From positions 62,001-126,000 of the IMG/VR virus record IMGVR_UViG_3300043219_000566: 64,000 nucleotides of DNA; one strand, 5' to 3'. Below, one piece after another: positions 7,717 to 16,599 of this stretch. The notes under the pieces were generated by a model. It made no database searches. It saw nothing but the letters and a program-made list of their open reading frames with translations, and was not told where the DNA came from. The stretch's first letter is position 1; every line of letters begins with the position of its first letter. Both the position numbers and the translations under genes were made by a program.

Positions 7717-9912
7717 TTGCGTTCTTCGTCTGCCGCGTCGTCCTCCGGACGATCGCGCGGATGGACCAGCTCCCGCAAGGCGCGGAGAGCGTTCGTCACC
7801 GGTTCGATTATAAGAACCAGGACAAGCCGGAGCCAAGAGTCAAAGGGACTGTGCAAATTGGACATCGATGATCTGCTTTCGTTGATAGAGCAAGCCAAGG
7901 GCGTTCGCCCGCATCTGGACCCAGACATCGATAAGCTCACTACGCTAGCAAATGTGACCGAACGCCACATTGCAGCAGAGCGCGAAGCTGATCCCTTGTC
8001 CGAGCAGCGCTCGGACGACGAGATCGTCGCGCGGGTTGCAGATAGCGTAGAGCATGAACTCGACTTCTCCATGAAAGAAGCCTTACAGGCCTACGGGCGA
8101 GTCTTCGAGGACATTGCGCAGGGTTCCATCGTCAGCGCGCTCCCGATGATGCTGAAGCTGCGCGGACGGCCTTACACGCTCGAAGATCACTTTCCGATGG
8201 AGCCGATGTTTCGCACAGAACTGCCGGTGCAATTCCTATTGCGGTGCGGTCGGCAGGTTTCTAAGTCGACCACCCTAGCTGCTCAAGGGGTCATTCAAGC
8301 TGGTAGTACTCCATTTTTCAACTCCCTGTTTGTGACACCGCTGTTCGAGCAGTGCCGTAGGTTTTCCTCGAACTACGTCCGCCCCTTCGTCGTCGACAGT
8401 CCGATCTACCGAACAATCACAGACAACAGGTGCGAGCAATCGGTTCTTCAGCGCTCTTTCAAGAATCGTTCGATCATGTTCTTCAGCTACTGTTTGAAGG
8501 ACGCGGATCGCATTCGAGGTATTGCCGCGGATCGTGTCACGGTGGACGAGGTCCAAGATATCGACTGGGACCTGCTGCCCATCATCCTAGAGACCATGTC
8601 GGCCTCCAAATGGGCCGTAATGCAGGCGGCCGGGACGCCCAAGACGCTCGACAACACCATCGAGTATCTGTGGTCACGCAGCTCGCAGGCCGAGTGGATC
8701 ACCCGCTGCGAGGCGTGCAACCACTACAATATCGCCTGCACGTCTCACGATTTGCTCAAAATGATCGGAAAGCACACGGTGGTTTGCGCCAAGTGCGGAC
8801 GCCCGATCAACCCCCGTCCGGCTATGCACCCCAAGCCGTCTAAGCGCGGCACAGGGTTCTGGATGCACGCGTTCCCAGAGCGCGTCAGCGAATTTCCCGG
8901 TTACCACGCGTCCCAGATCATTTTCCCGATGCACTTTGCTTCGCAGCGCAAGTGGGAGATCTTGCGCCGGAAGATGGACCCGACGCACACGCCCCGGCAC
9001 GTGTTCATCAACGAGGTGCTAGGCGAAGGCGCGGATGCCGGGACCAAGCTCGTGACGCAGGCGGATTTGATCAACGCCTGCAAAATCTACGGGCGGCCCA
9101 ATAAGTACACCGAGGCGCTTTTAGCCAAAGGCGAGTACATCGACGTGGCGCTCGGCATCGACTGGGGTGGTTCAACCGCTCCATACGGAGCCGGGCGCGC
9201 TCATCTGCTGCTCAAGCCCGAGGAAGGGCAGTCCTACACTGCCATGGCAGTCGTGGGGCTCAAGAACGACGGGCGCATTGACGTGCTCTACGTCTACCGT
9301 TTCGACTTGATCGGCAACCACCTGGAAGAGGCTCGCGCCTGTTTGCGCGCCTGGAACGACGTCGACGACGGGCACGGGTCCACGTTGCTTTGCCACGACT
9401 ACGGCGGCGCAGGCAGCGTGCGTGAGACATTGCTCGTGCAGTCAGGGTTGCCGCTGCATAACGTCTGTGGCTGCCAATACGTGCATGCTCCGCAGCAGAA
9501 GATGATGGAATTCAAGCAGAAAGGTGCCCGCGGGTACTACGCTCTGGACAAAGCCAGATCGCTCATCTTCCTGGCCACTGCGATCAAAGCCGGATTCGTC
9601 GGATTTCCATCCTGGCTCACCTGTCGAGCGCGCATCAGCGATTTCCTGGCGTTGATGGAAGACATGCTGGAGCGTCCCGGCGGAGCCAACATCATCCGGG
9701 TTATCCGCAAGCCGGGAGTGCCGGACGACGTCGCGCACGCGGTAAACTTCGCTGCTTGTGGGCTGTGGCATCGCCACGGTTACCCCAACTTCAAGGACAT
9801 CCTCTCCCTCGAAGCCGTTATGGCGAAGCTCGACCGGTCAGCGGCCGCAGTCGACGCAGACGAAGCACTGCAGCAGTTTGTGCTCGACGACGACGCGATC
9901 CAAGGCGTGTAG
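7717..9912 (+). CDS. terL: Terminase large subunit, lambda gpA-like (true start may be downstream, e.g. TTG near 7858)
   Basis: ATPase motifs CGRQVSKST and RIRGIAADRVTVDEVQD; coupling motif GTPKT; Zn-ribbon CEAC...CAKC; nuclease-domain LGIDWGG. Confidence 0.88.
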   Translation: MRSSSAASSSGRSRGWTSSRKARRAFVTGSIIRTRTSRSQESKGLCKLDIDDLLSLIEQAKGVRPHLDPDIDKLTTLANVTERHIAAEREADPLSEQRSDDEIVARVADSVEHELDFSMKEALQAYGRVFEDIAQGSIVSALPMMLKLRGRPYTLEDHFPMEPMFRTELPVQFLLRCGRQVSKSTTLAAQGVIQAGSTPFFNSLFVTPLFEQCRRFSSNYVRPFVVDSPIYRTITDNRCEQSVLQRSFKNRSIMFFSYCLKDADRIRGIAADRVTVDEVQDIDWDLLPIILETMSASKWAVMQAAGTPKTLDNTIEYLWSRSSQAEWITRCEACNHYNIACTSHDLLKMIGKHTVVCAKCGRPINPRPAMHPKPSKRGTGFWMHAFPERVSEFPGYHASQIIFPMHFASQRKWEILRRKMDPTHTPRHVFINEVLGEGADAGTKLVTQADLINACKIYGRPNKYTEALLAKGEYIDVALGIDWGGSTAPYGAGRAHLLLKPEEGQSYTAMAVVGLKNDGRIDVLYVYRFDLIGNHLEEARACLRAWNDVDDGHGSTLLCHDYGGAGSVRETLLVQSGLPLHNVCGCQYVHAPQQKMMEFKQKGARGYYALDKARSLIFLATAIKAGFVGFPSWLTCRARISDFLALMEDMLERPGGANIIRVIRKPGVPDDVAHAVNFAACGLWHRHGYPNFKDILSLEAVMAKLDRSAAAVDADEALQQFVLDDDAIQGV

Positions 9913-9916
9913 CGCG

Positions 9917-10141
9917 CTACTCTATTAAGTCCGCGACATCGAAATCCAGGTCATCGCTATCCTCCTCGACGACGATATTTACGCCGGGCAGCGCATACGC
10001 CATTGTGATACCTGGCCAATCGGGCTCGCTGTTATTGTCCTCGATCCAGGCCCGTCGCTCAGAGTCCCAGTGCCAAGCCCAGCTGGTGAATTTCTCGCGA
10101 TGCGGGTACGTGTCGCCGGTAGCGACGTAGCGTTTGCTCAT
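9917..10141 (-). CDS. Small protein, DUF5710-like (TYPHREKF...WHWD...W)
   Basis: Resembles the phage motif T-Y-x2-K-E-x2-K-x2-G-x2-W-D-x4-W; convergent with the terminase. Confidence 0.55.
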   Translation of the reverse strand: MSKRYVATGDTYPHREKFTSWAWHWDSERRAWIEDNNSEPDWPGITMAYALPGVNIVVEEDSDDLDFDVADLIE

Positions 10142-10152
10142 GGGAAATTGTC

Positions 10153-10368
10153 CTAGATCCACACCTCGACGATTACCGGATCATCTTGCTCTTGCCGATT
10201 GATGCGGACCAAGCCCTCCGGGAGCGTATCGCGCGCTTCTTCCAGTGTGGCCTTGAGCGCGTGCGGCGGATCGTGCATGTGCACGCTTCTTAGGCGGATA
10301 GTAGCCCTGCGGACTACGAAATGGCTCGGGTAATCAGAAGGTCGTGCGTAGATAATGTACTGTTCCAT
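10153..10368 (-). CDS. Conserved phage hypothetical protein
   Basis: GGAG RBS; motifs IYARPSDYPSHFVVRR and LEEARDTLPEGL...DDPVIVEVW. Confidence 0.75.
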   Translation of the reverse strand: MEQYIIYARPSDYPSHFVVRRATIRLRSVHMHDPPHALKATLEEARDTLPEGLVRINRQEQDDPVIVEVWI

Positions 10369-10383
10369 CACTGTCTCCAGGCT

Positions 10384-10440
10384 GTATATATACTGCGCAA
10401 CCACTGCGTTTTCGAGGCAGTTTCAGCGCAGTATATATAC
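10384..10440. repeat. Perfect 15-bp inverted repeat GTATATATACTGCGC with a 27-nt spacer
   Basis: 10384-10398 and 10426-10440 are exact reverse complements; intergenic. Confidence 0.9.
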
Positions 10441-10443
10441 CGC

Positions 10444-10457
10444 CGTAGCGCGCTACG
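10444..10457. repeat. Palindrome CGTAGCGCGCTACG; the 12-bp core GTAGCGCGCTAC also occurs at 9909, 21546 and 37986
   Basis: Direct reading of four exact copies of the core. Confidence 0.9.
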
Positions 10458-10458
10458 A

Positions 10459-10860
10459 CTAGACGTGCATGGGAATAATGCACCCGTTGTCCAGCTGATC
10501 GGCGTCGTTGACGCACTCGTCGTAGTTGTCGTAGACTCGCTGGATCATGGTCTTGTCGTCGAAGTCGAAGATGGCCCAACGGTTCGGCGCAGGACGGCCG
10601 TTGATCGGGCAGTCGTCGTAGATCTTGTAGCCCTCGTCGTCGCGCTCGTCGAAATACGCCTTGATCGGCTTATCGCAGTCGCCCTCGGGCCAGTCCTCGC
10701 TGTGGAAACCGGTGCCGAACGTCTCATGCCAGAATTCTTTAGCATAGGCTAACAGCTCCTCCTTGGCAGAGATAGCATCGTCGGCAACGCGGATATCGTG
10801 GCCGTGCCGATGCCAGATACGTACGACCCAGACCCCTTTAGCCTGTGTCTGGTTGCTCAT
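10459..10860 (-). CDS. Hypothetical acidic protein
   Basis: AGGAG RBS before ATG 10860. Confidence 0.75.
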   Translation of the reverse strand: MSNQTQAKGVWVVRIWHRHGHDIRVADDAISAKEELLAYAKEFWHETFGTGFHSEDWPEGDCDKPIKAYFDERDDEGYKIYDDCPINGRPAPNRWAIFDFDDKTMIQRVYDNYDECVNDADQLDNGCIIPMHV

Positions 10861-11326
10861 CCTGTTTCTCCTCGTAATTGCTGCCGCAGTGCGAACAGAC
10901 CCCATCGGTCCCGAGTACACCGGGGCAGCCGTCGTCAGGGCAGTGACCCGCGCTCGGCACGCCCTCCTCGTCCATGGCTGTCATTTCCTGGCAATGGAAC
11001 AACCACTCCGCGTACCCGAGCTGAGTGTCTTTATTCGCGACTTCGTATCGCCAGTCGCTTCGCGGGTGCTTATCGTCTTCCTGGCTCGCGTGCGACAACG
11101 TCGGCCCCTCATCCTCTTCTTCCTCCAGGTCAGCTTCCTTAACGGTGCGTTCCAGCGGCACCACGTGCCAGCATTGACCAGACAGGTTCGTGACCGGGTT
11201 GTTCTGAGCCCAGTCGACTGCTTCGCCAGGGTCATTGAACGGAGGATCTCCGTATATCGTCATCCCAGTCGAAGGGTCCCAGACCACTACGACGTATTCA
11301 TTCGCCGGTATCGTTCGCTTCGCCAT
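10838..11326 (-). CDS. Hypothetical protein with DWRYEVANKDTQLGYAEW motif and C-terminal Zn ribbon
   Basis: AGGAG RBS; C-terminal CPDDGC...CSHC. Confidence 0.75.
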   Translation of the reverse strand: MAKRTIPANEYVVVVWDPSTGMTIYGDPPFNDPGEAVDWAQNNPVTNLSGQCWHVVPLERTVKEADLEEEEDEGPTLSHASQEDDKHPRSDWRYEVANKDTQLGYAEWLFHCQEMTAMDEEGVPSAGHCPDDGCPGVLGTDGVCSHCGSNYEEKQDEQPDTG

Positions 11327-11618
11327 CAGATTTCTCCTCCTTCAGTTCTGGATGCTCCTTCTCAACCTGGAGCCGGAATTTCTGATGCTGGAGATCGAAA
11401 TCGAACTCCTTGCTTTTGACCTTGGCGGTGAAGTCGCACTCCTCGCAGCGCAGCTCGGTGTCGTCGTCGATGTAATGCTCGGCTGCCTCCGGGACCTCGG
11501 TGCAAAAGTTGCTGGGGCACGGACCGCCGCTCAGCTCGTGCATGGTGACTTTCACCCATACCAGAGCGCGCGCGTACAGAGTCTCAGACGAATTGCATTT
11601 CGGACATCTGAATTCCAT
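11298..11618 (-). CDS. Zn-ribbon protein
   Basis: GGAG RBS; CPKC...CEEC. Confidence 0.7.
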   Translation of the reverse strand: MEFRCPKCNSSETLYARALVWVKVTMHELSGGPCPSNFCTEVPEAAEHYIDDDTELRCEECDFTAKVKSKEFDFDLQHQKFRLQVEKEHPELKEEKSDGEANDTGE

Positions 11619-11644
11619 CAGCAAAGCTCCTTGTAAGAACCAAC

Positions 11645-11683
11645 AAAAAGAAAGCACCGACGGTCCCGAAGGACCCCGGTGCT
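11645..11683 (-). terminator. Intrinsic terminator
   Basis: Stem AGCACCG..GGTCC/GGACC..CGGTGCT with a UUCG loop on the minus strand, followed by TTCTTTTT. Confidence 0.75.
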
Positions 11684-11814
11684 CTCCGGAGGGGAATTAA
11701 GCCGATTTTGAATAAACCAGTCGGCCGCCGCGGCGGCGACGACCGACCAGTCGGACAAAACGAGAACTCGGCGAGCACTCAACTAGCCTTGCCGGGCACT
11801 CAACTGCCAGAAGA

Positions 11815-12270
11815 TCAGTCTACTACGCCCGCAGCCCCAGGTACAGGGGTAAGCGGGCCAGGTAGCGCAGCCTCCTCAGACTGCATCCTGCGTCGTGACT
11901 CGTCCCATTCGCCCTTGAGGATACTGAACCAGCCCCGCTGACTCCAAATATAGCGCCGCGGGACTCGAAGCAGCTCGAACACCAACGTCTGCTGTTCGCG
12001 CGTGAGCCAGGTGATCTTGTCGTACTCGGTCAACGCATCCTTGACCGCTTGCGCTGCGGCGTCCGGGTCCTCGCCCGTCGCAGCCGCGCGTGCAGCGGCG
12101 CAATAGCGATCCGTGACCCCCTGCGTCGCCAGCATGTACAGGTCGTTGACGATCGTCTGTTGCTGAGCAACCGCGCGCCCGAAGGCCTCGTCGGCGATCT
12201 TGTTATGGTTCGACGTGCAGCTGCTGAGCAACATCAAGGGCAACGCGCACAGTAGAAACCATCGTCGCAT
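11815..12270 (-). CDS. Predicted lipoprotein
   Basis: Signal peptide MRRWFLLCALPLMLLSS-C with lipobox LSSC; AGGGG RBS. Confidence 0.7.
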   Translation of the reverse strand: MRRWFLLCALPLMLLSSCTSNHNKIADEAFGRAVAQQQTIVNDLYMLATQGVTDRYCAAARAAATGEDPDAAAQAVKDALTEYDKITWLTREQQTLVFELLRVPRRYIWSQRGWFSILKGEWDESRRRMQSEEAALPGPLTPVPGAAGVVD

Positions 12271-12271
12271 G

Positions 12272-12577
12272 TCAAATCCCCTTGAACATGACGCCGGAAA
12301 TGAAACCCCGTGCGTAAGCAGTAAACTTTTCGATGACATCCGCCTCGGCCGAGGCTTCGATCAACGCGTCCAGATCGGCTTGCGCCAATCCCGCAGTCGA
12401 AAGGTCGTGCTTCTCGCCCTCTTCCCAGGTGCGCGGTCCGGGCGTAGTGGGTGTTGCTCCGCCTGCAGGAATCTCGCCGTGGACGTCTAGCCACGCTTTG
12501 ACCATTCGGGCGAAGTCGGCCATAGCAGCCGGAGTTTTGCGCAAGAACTCGATGAACAGCTCGTTTACATCGGGCAT
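12272..12577 (-). CDS. Hypothetical protein (101 aa)
   Basis: GAGGAGG RBS; follows a candidate promoter. Confidence 0.75.
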   Translation of the reverse strand: MPDVNELFIEFLRKTPAAMADFARMVKAWLDVHGEIPAGGATPTTPGPRTWEEGEKHDLSTAGLAQADLDALIEASAEADVIEKFTAYARGFISGVMFKGI

Positions 12578-12604
12578 GACAGCCTCCTCTTAGATGTCGG
12601 TCTC

Positions 12605-12632
12605 ATTGTACGAGAGTAGTCAACTGGGGCAA
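12605..12632 (-). promoter_or_regulatory. Candidate host sigma70-type promoter
   Basis: TTGCCC-N16-TACAAT in the intergenic gap, about 15 nt upstream of the RBS of 12272..12577. Confidence 0.55.
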
Positions 12633-12633
12633 A

Positions 12634-15417
12634 TCAGCCGCTATGAGCCTCGTACGTCTTTGCCCATTTTCTAGCTCGGCGCTCCCAGAACTTGCCGTCG
12701 ATAACCCAGCCTGCCCGATCGGTACCGTGCTCGCCGATCAGCGCGCCTGCTTCACGTAACGCCACGGTTGTCGCCAGCGTATCCAGCAGAGGCAATTGCC
12801 TCCGGGCCAGAGCTTCGACGATCTTCTGCTTGGAGACGAAAACACGCTTGTTCTCGCTATCGATCACGACCGCGGAGCCGGAACCGTCTTCTTTCAATGC
12901 TATCCCGTATTCGCGCTTCAGGTAACCGTCGTGAAGCATCTGCGCCACGAGGTACACAAAGCGCGCAGCAAAGGGTTCGCGGCCGGAGTCCCGCAGCGCG
13001 TCGCTGGCGTATTTGAACACGAAAGCAGGGTCCTGTGTCCCGACGGACGTCGCCCACTCCTGCAAGCCCAAGAGCGTCGCGTGCGACGGGCTGGGAGCCT
13101 TTGGCAAGCGCCCGATGCCGCGCTGGTAATGTGCCAAGTAATGAACCAGCAACGCCGCGATCTCGCACTCCCGGTAGTAATCGCCTTCATCTTCGCCGGT
13201 ATCGACCACGATCCAATTGCCGCACATCACCGCCGTAGCGATCTGCATCGGCGATAGCGACATCAGCACGTTCTTGGCTTGGGGCAACGCCAGCCAGTCG
13301 GAAAGAACCAACGGCATGACACTTCTGGCTTCGGTATCTCGCACCAACACCGGTAAGTCGTGATCCCGCTGGGACTTGTCGAACTCGCCGAACTGCCCGC
13401 GCACCCGCTCCAAGTTGAAGTCCAGCAAGCCCATGTCCGCGGCCAACTTGTCCGCCGCAGCAGTAGCCAAATCGCCGACCAGGCCAATGCCGCGGGGCTG
13501 CTCGCGGTCCAGGCCGCCGAGCAAATTGGTGATCAGAGCTGCCAGCAACGCCCACATGGTTCCGTTGGCGTCGGTGGGCTCCAGCCAAGCGTCTACGACG
13601 GCGGTATCGAGCGCGCCCGGCCGGTCTACACGTAGCCCCGGGAGCACGTCGCCGGTCAGTCCCAGCGACGACTTCTCCTCGATCACCCCGCCCCGGATAG
13701 CAAAACGCGGGAACAAAAAGCCCTGTCGCCGATCGTCCCAGCCTACGCGGGTCAGGGCCTTGATAGTTTTCTCGATGTGGCTGAAGCGATGAGCCATGTC
13801 CCACAAGCGCTGCTGTTGCGAGTTCGAGACAAAAGGCGTGGTGCCTCCCGCGCTCTCGACCGTGTTGACGATAACGCCCAAGGCGTTGTTACGCAGCTCG
13901 CGCTGCGTAGTCGACATGGGATAACGGTGGCCCCGGTGGTGGATCACGCCGGTGTAGAACGTCTCCTTGCTCTCGTCATCACGGATACAGCGATCCAATT
14001 CGACAACGGCATCGGAGATCCGCTCCTCGACGCCGCGGCGGCGTAACGACCAATGGGACTCGTCGGGTCCGATATACTGAACCACGGTGCCGCCGAACAT
14101 GATAGTTTCCCGCACGCGGGTACGGTGCTCCAGGAGCTTTTCCAGGATCGCCCGCTCCTCGTAAGTGCGGCAAGTCTCCAGCAGACGAAGACGCTGATCG
14201 ATCGACAAGTCGACGGTGTCCAGGATCGCGCTGACGTCCTCCGGATTAGCCACCAACAGGAAGTCGCGGAAGGCCTCGTAGGCCGGGCGACGTCGTACAA
14301 TCAACTCCTCGACCCGCTGGCGAGCAGGCATACTCACGTCGAGCAGTTCGCGTAGCTCGCGCCAGGTCTGGTAAGTCTCGATGCTCTTTTCGAGATAGGT
14401 GATCGGGAAGCTGGGATTCTCCAGGTAAGATACGGAGGCGTCGGCCGTCGCGCTCAGAGCTTGTTTGAACAGCGCCGCGGTCGGAGCGTAATCCCAGAAA
14501 ACCACCTCTTCAACGCCGAGCTGCGCCCAGATCGTAGGGTCGGTGTCCTGGTGCCAAGCTACAAGCGGCAGGGGGTTATTATCCTCCTGGAACCGGCGGT
14601 ACTGCAGCCACAAAGCCAACCATGGGCTACTGAACGCTGCCACGCGTTTCGGGTTGCGCGGCAACGCGTCCATCAGCATCAGCCCAGGGTCTTTCTGATT
14701 CTCAGCATGAGCGGGGAACCACATGCGCACGCTGCGCCGCCAGCCCAGCAGTAACAACGAGCTGACGCGACCCAGCGTATTGCCCCACGGCAGCGCCAGA
14801 CAGGTGCGAAAGCTACTCTGGCTCAGCCCCGGCGGGATACCGTGGTTGAGCTGGTCCATGATGTCCTTGCGGCTCGTGGCGTGCAGCCAGCGGCCTACAC
14901 CCGCGGTAATCGCCTCTTGAGATTCCAGCAGGTGTACGGTGACACCGATGTTGTCAGACAGGATCGCGTGCAGATCGCGGTGCTCGGACCAATGCCGCCG
15001 AGCCTCGCGCGACCACCTGCGCACGCTTTTGCGCGGAGCCGAGTGATCCAAGATGTAATCGTTGATTGCGCGCTCGACCAGCATTTCCTGCGGTAAAAGA
15101 AACTCGGGTTCGCGCAGTACCTGTTGGATCGCGTCCCGCAGCTCGCCGCGGTGAAAAACCTCGGCCAGCAACTCCAGCGAATCCCAAGTGCGGTTGCACT
15201 CGTAACAATGCCACACGAGCCCGCCCTCCGGGGCGTTCATGACCCGCACGCAGAATTGCTTCTGTACCCCCGCGCTCGCCTTAGCATGCGCCAATCTTTT
15301 GCGTCGGCAAATAAGGCAAGGTACCATTGTCGGTATCGAACGGATCGGTATCGACTTTCCGAACAGCGCTCGGAATACCGGAGTGAACTGCAGGTACGAA
15401 TTTAAGGATGGACCCAT
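12634..15417 (-). CDS. Degenerate DnaG-type primase fusion (Zn-binding domain, TOPRIM-like, DUF927-like, helicase-like remnant)
   Basis: WHCYECNRTWDSLELLAEVF..LRDAIQQV resembles the DnaG CHC2 finger; LALPWGNTLGRV resembles DnaG FPIxxxxGxV; GWDDRRQGFLFP is DUF927-like; catalytic acidic residues and Walker A not evident. Confidence 0.55.
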   Translation of the reverse strand: MGPSLNSYLQFTPVFRALFGKSIPIRSIPTMVPCLICRRKRLAHAKASAGVQKQFCVRVMNAPEGGLVWHCYECNRTWDSLELLAEVFHRGELRDAIQQVLREPEFLLPQEMLVERAINDYILDHSAPRKSVRRWSREARRHWSEHRDLHAILSDNIGVTVHLLESQEAITAGVGRWLHATSRKDIMDQLNHGIPPGLSQSSFRTCLALPWGNTLGRVSSLLLLGWRRSVRMWFPAHAENQKDPGLMLMDALPRNPKRVAAFSSPWLALWLQYRRFQEDNNPLPLVAWHQDTDPTIWAQLGVEEVVFWDYAPTAALFKQALSATADASVSYLENPSFPITYLEKSIETYQTWRELRELLDVSMPARQRVEELIVRRRPAYEAFRDFLLVANPEDVSAILDTVDLSIDQRLRLLETCRTYEERAILEKLLEHRTRVRETIMFGGTVVQYIGPDESHWSLRRRGVEERISDAVVELDRCIRDDESKETFYTGVIHHRGHRYPMSTTQRELRNNALGVIVNTVESAGGTTPFVSNSQQQRLWDMAHRFSHIEKTIKALTRVGWDDRRQGFLFPRFAIRGGVIEEKSSLGLTGDVLPGLRVDRPGALDTAVVDAWLEPTDANGTMWALLAALITNLLGGLDREQPRGIGLVGDLATAAADKLAADMGLLDFNLERVRGQFGEFDKSQRDHDLPVLVRDTEARSVMPLVLSDWLALPQAKNVLMSLSPMQIATAVMCGNWIVVDTGEDEGDYYRECEIAALLVHYLAHYQRGIGRLPKAPSPSHATLLGLQEWATSVGTQDPAFVFKYASDALRDSGREPFAARFVYLVAQMLHDGYLKREYGIALKEDGSGSAVVIDSENKRVFVSKQKIVEALARRQLPLLDTLATTVALREAGALIGEHGTDRAGWVIDGKFWERRARKWAKTYEAHSG

Positions 15418-16588
15418 GGATCACGTTGCCGATGTCAATTTGACCACGTTCCACCAGATCAGCCAGCTGCATAAGCTACCCGACTTCGTCAAGTCGGCTG
15501 CGATCGATCGGGACGCTATTGCACAGCTCCCGCCGACCGCTTTCGCTGATCCGGCTCACCGCCAGTTCCCGTGCCACACACGCGCGGACACGTTTCTATC
15601 GTACGCGTACTTCTTGAAGAATGCGAGCCAACTCGACGGCTCTACCCGCCGGGTGGCTTGGGAGAATCTACGCAAGTTCGCTCATCACTGGGCGATCTTC
15701 ATGGAGTGCGAGAAGCTCCAGCGCGCCCACGAGAAGCAAGCCAGCAGTGATCTGGACGCCATGCCCAACGGCAAGTTCGCGATCGTCGAAGAGTACAACG
15801 ACGAGACCTACCGAGCGCTCCCGTTGCTCAACGGCGACTGCGTGAAAGCAGCCGCCGAGCACCTAGCGGAGTTCAAGGACCGCTACCCGTTGTCTTGGCG
15901 GCAGGCTGCTGCTGAGCGTGTTCTCTCCGCCGCAACCGAGTTCGGTGTCGAGCCGCCGCACCTGGGCTACTTGCACAAAGCTGCCCGCCGCAATACCTCG
16001 TCTTCCACGGACATCGCCCGCGGGATGCTCGATCGGGCGCTGCTGATCAACAAGGAACATCGCGGCGAAGACGAGCAAGTGAAGTTTGCTCAAGCTGCTC
16101 GCGTTATGGCAGACGCCCACGGCGACGTCTTGCTGTCCGAGAAAGCCGCGTTGCTCATCGATCAATTCGACGAGCACTACAACCTGCGGCGGTACTATGC
16201 GCGCGGCTTGCCCGCACCCGAGGAAATCTGTTTCAGCTCAGTTACGGCGAAGGAAGCCAGCGACCTGCGCGACACCCTGATCACGATGGCCAACGGCGAG
16301 ATCTTCAGCAAAGCCGCGCTGGAGCAAGCAGGGCTGACTCCATATCGCGCGTTGGGCGACGACTTCGTCAAGGAGATCAGCGACGGGCTCAGCGGCGTCA
16401 GCATCGACAAGATCGCTTCGCTGGTGCCCACGTTGCCGCGCGACGACGCCGATATTCTCGGCCGGGCGCTGAAAGCCGCTGGAGTAAGATCAGTGGTGCA
16501 GTTGCAGAAAGAAGCCAAGATCCCCGAGCACGTCTGCGACTGGACACGCGAGGATTGGGATCATATGGTCGCGGCCGTCACTACCTAA
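15416..16588 (+). CDS. Hypothetical protein with two DUF6582-like motifs (possible head/scaffold-associated protein)
   Basis: AAGGA RBS; LPPTAFADPAHRQFP and MPNGKFAIV...RALPL resemble the LPDSxFA...RKxP motif. Confidence 0.6.
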   Translation: MDHVADVNLTTFHQISQLHKLPDFVKSAAIDRDAIAQLPPTAFADPAHRQFPCHTRADTFLSYAYFLKNASQLDGSTRRVAWENLRKFAHHWAIFMECEKLQRAHEKQASSDLDAMPNGKFAIVEEYNDETYRALPLLNGDCVKAAAEHLAEFKDRYPLSWRQAAAERVLSAATEFGVEPPHLGYLHKAARRNTSSSTDIARGMLDRALLINKEHRGEDEQVKFAQAARVMADAHGDVLLSEKAALLIDQFDEHYNLRRYYARGLPAPEEICFSSVTAKEASDLRDTLITMANGEIFSKAALEQAGLTPYRALGDDFVKEISDGLSGVSIDKIASLVPTLPRDDADILGRALKAAGVRSVVQLQKEAKIPEHVCDWTREDWDHMVAAVTT

Positions 16589-16599
16589 CGGAGCACATT

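Noticed and set aside
7717-9912. Intein or intron in the terminase
   Set aside because: The ATPase, Zn-ribbon and nuclease motifs are contiguous, with no C/S...HN-C/S/T splice motifs or LAGLIDADG segment.
10382-10397. LexA/SOS box resemblance of CTGTATATATACTG
   Set aside because: The spacing does not fit CTG-N10-CAG, and the second half is CTG rather than CAG.
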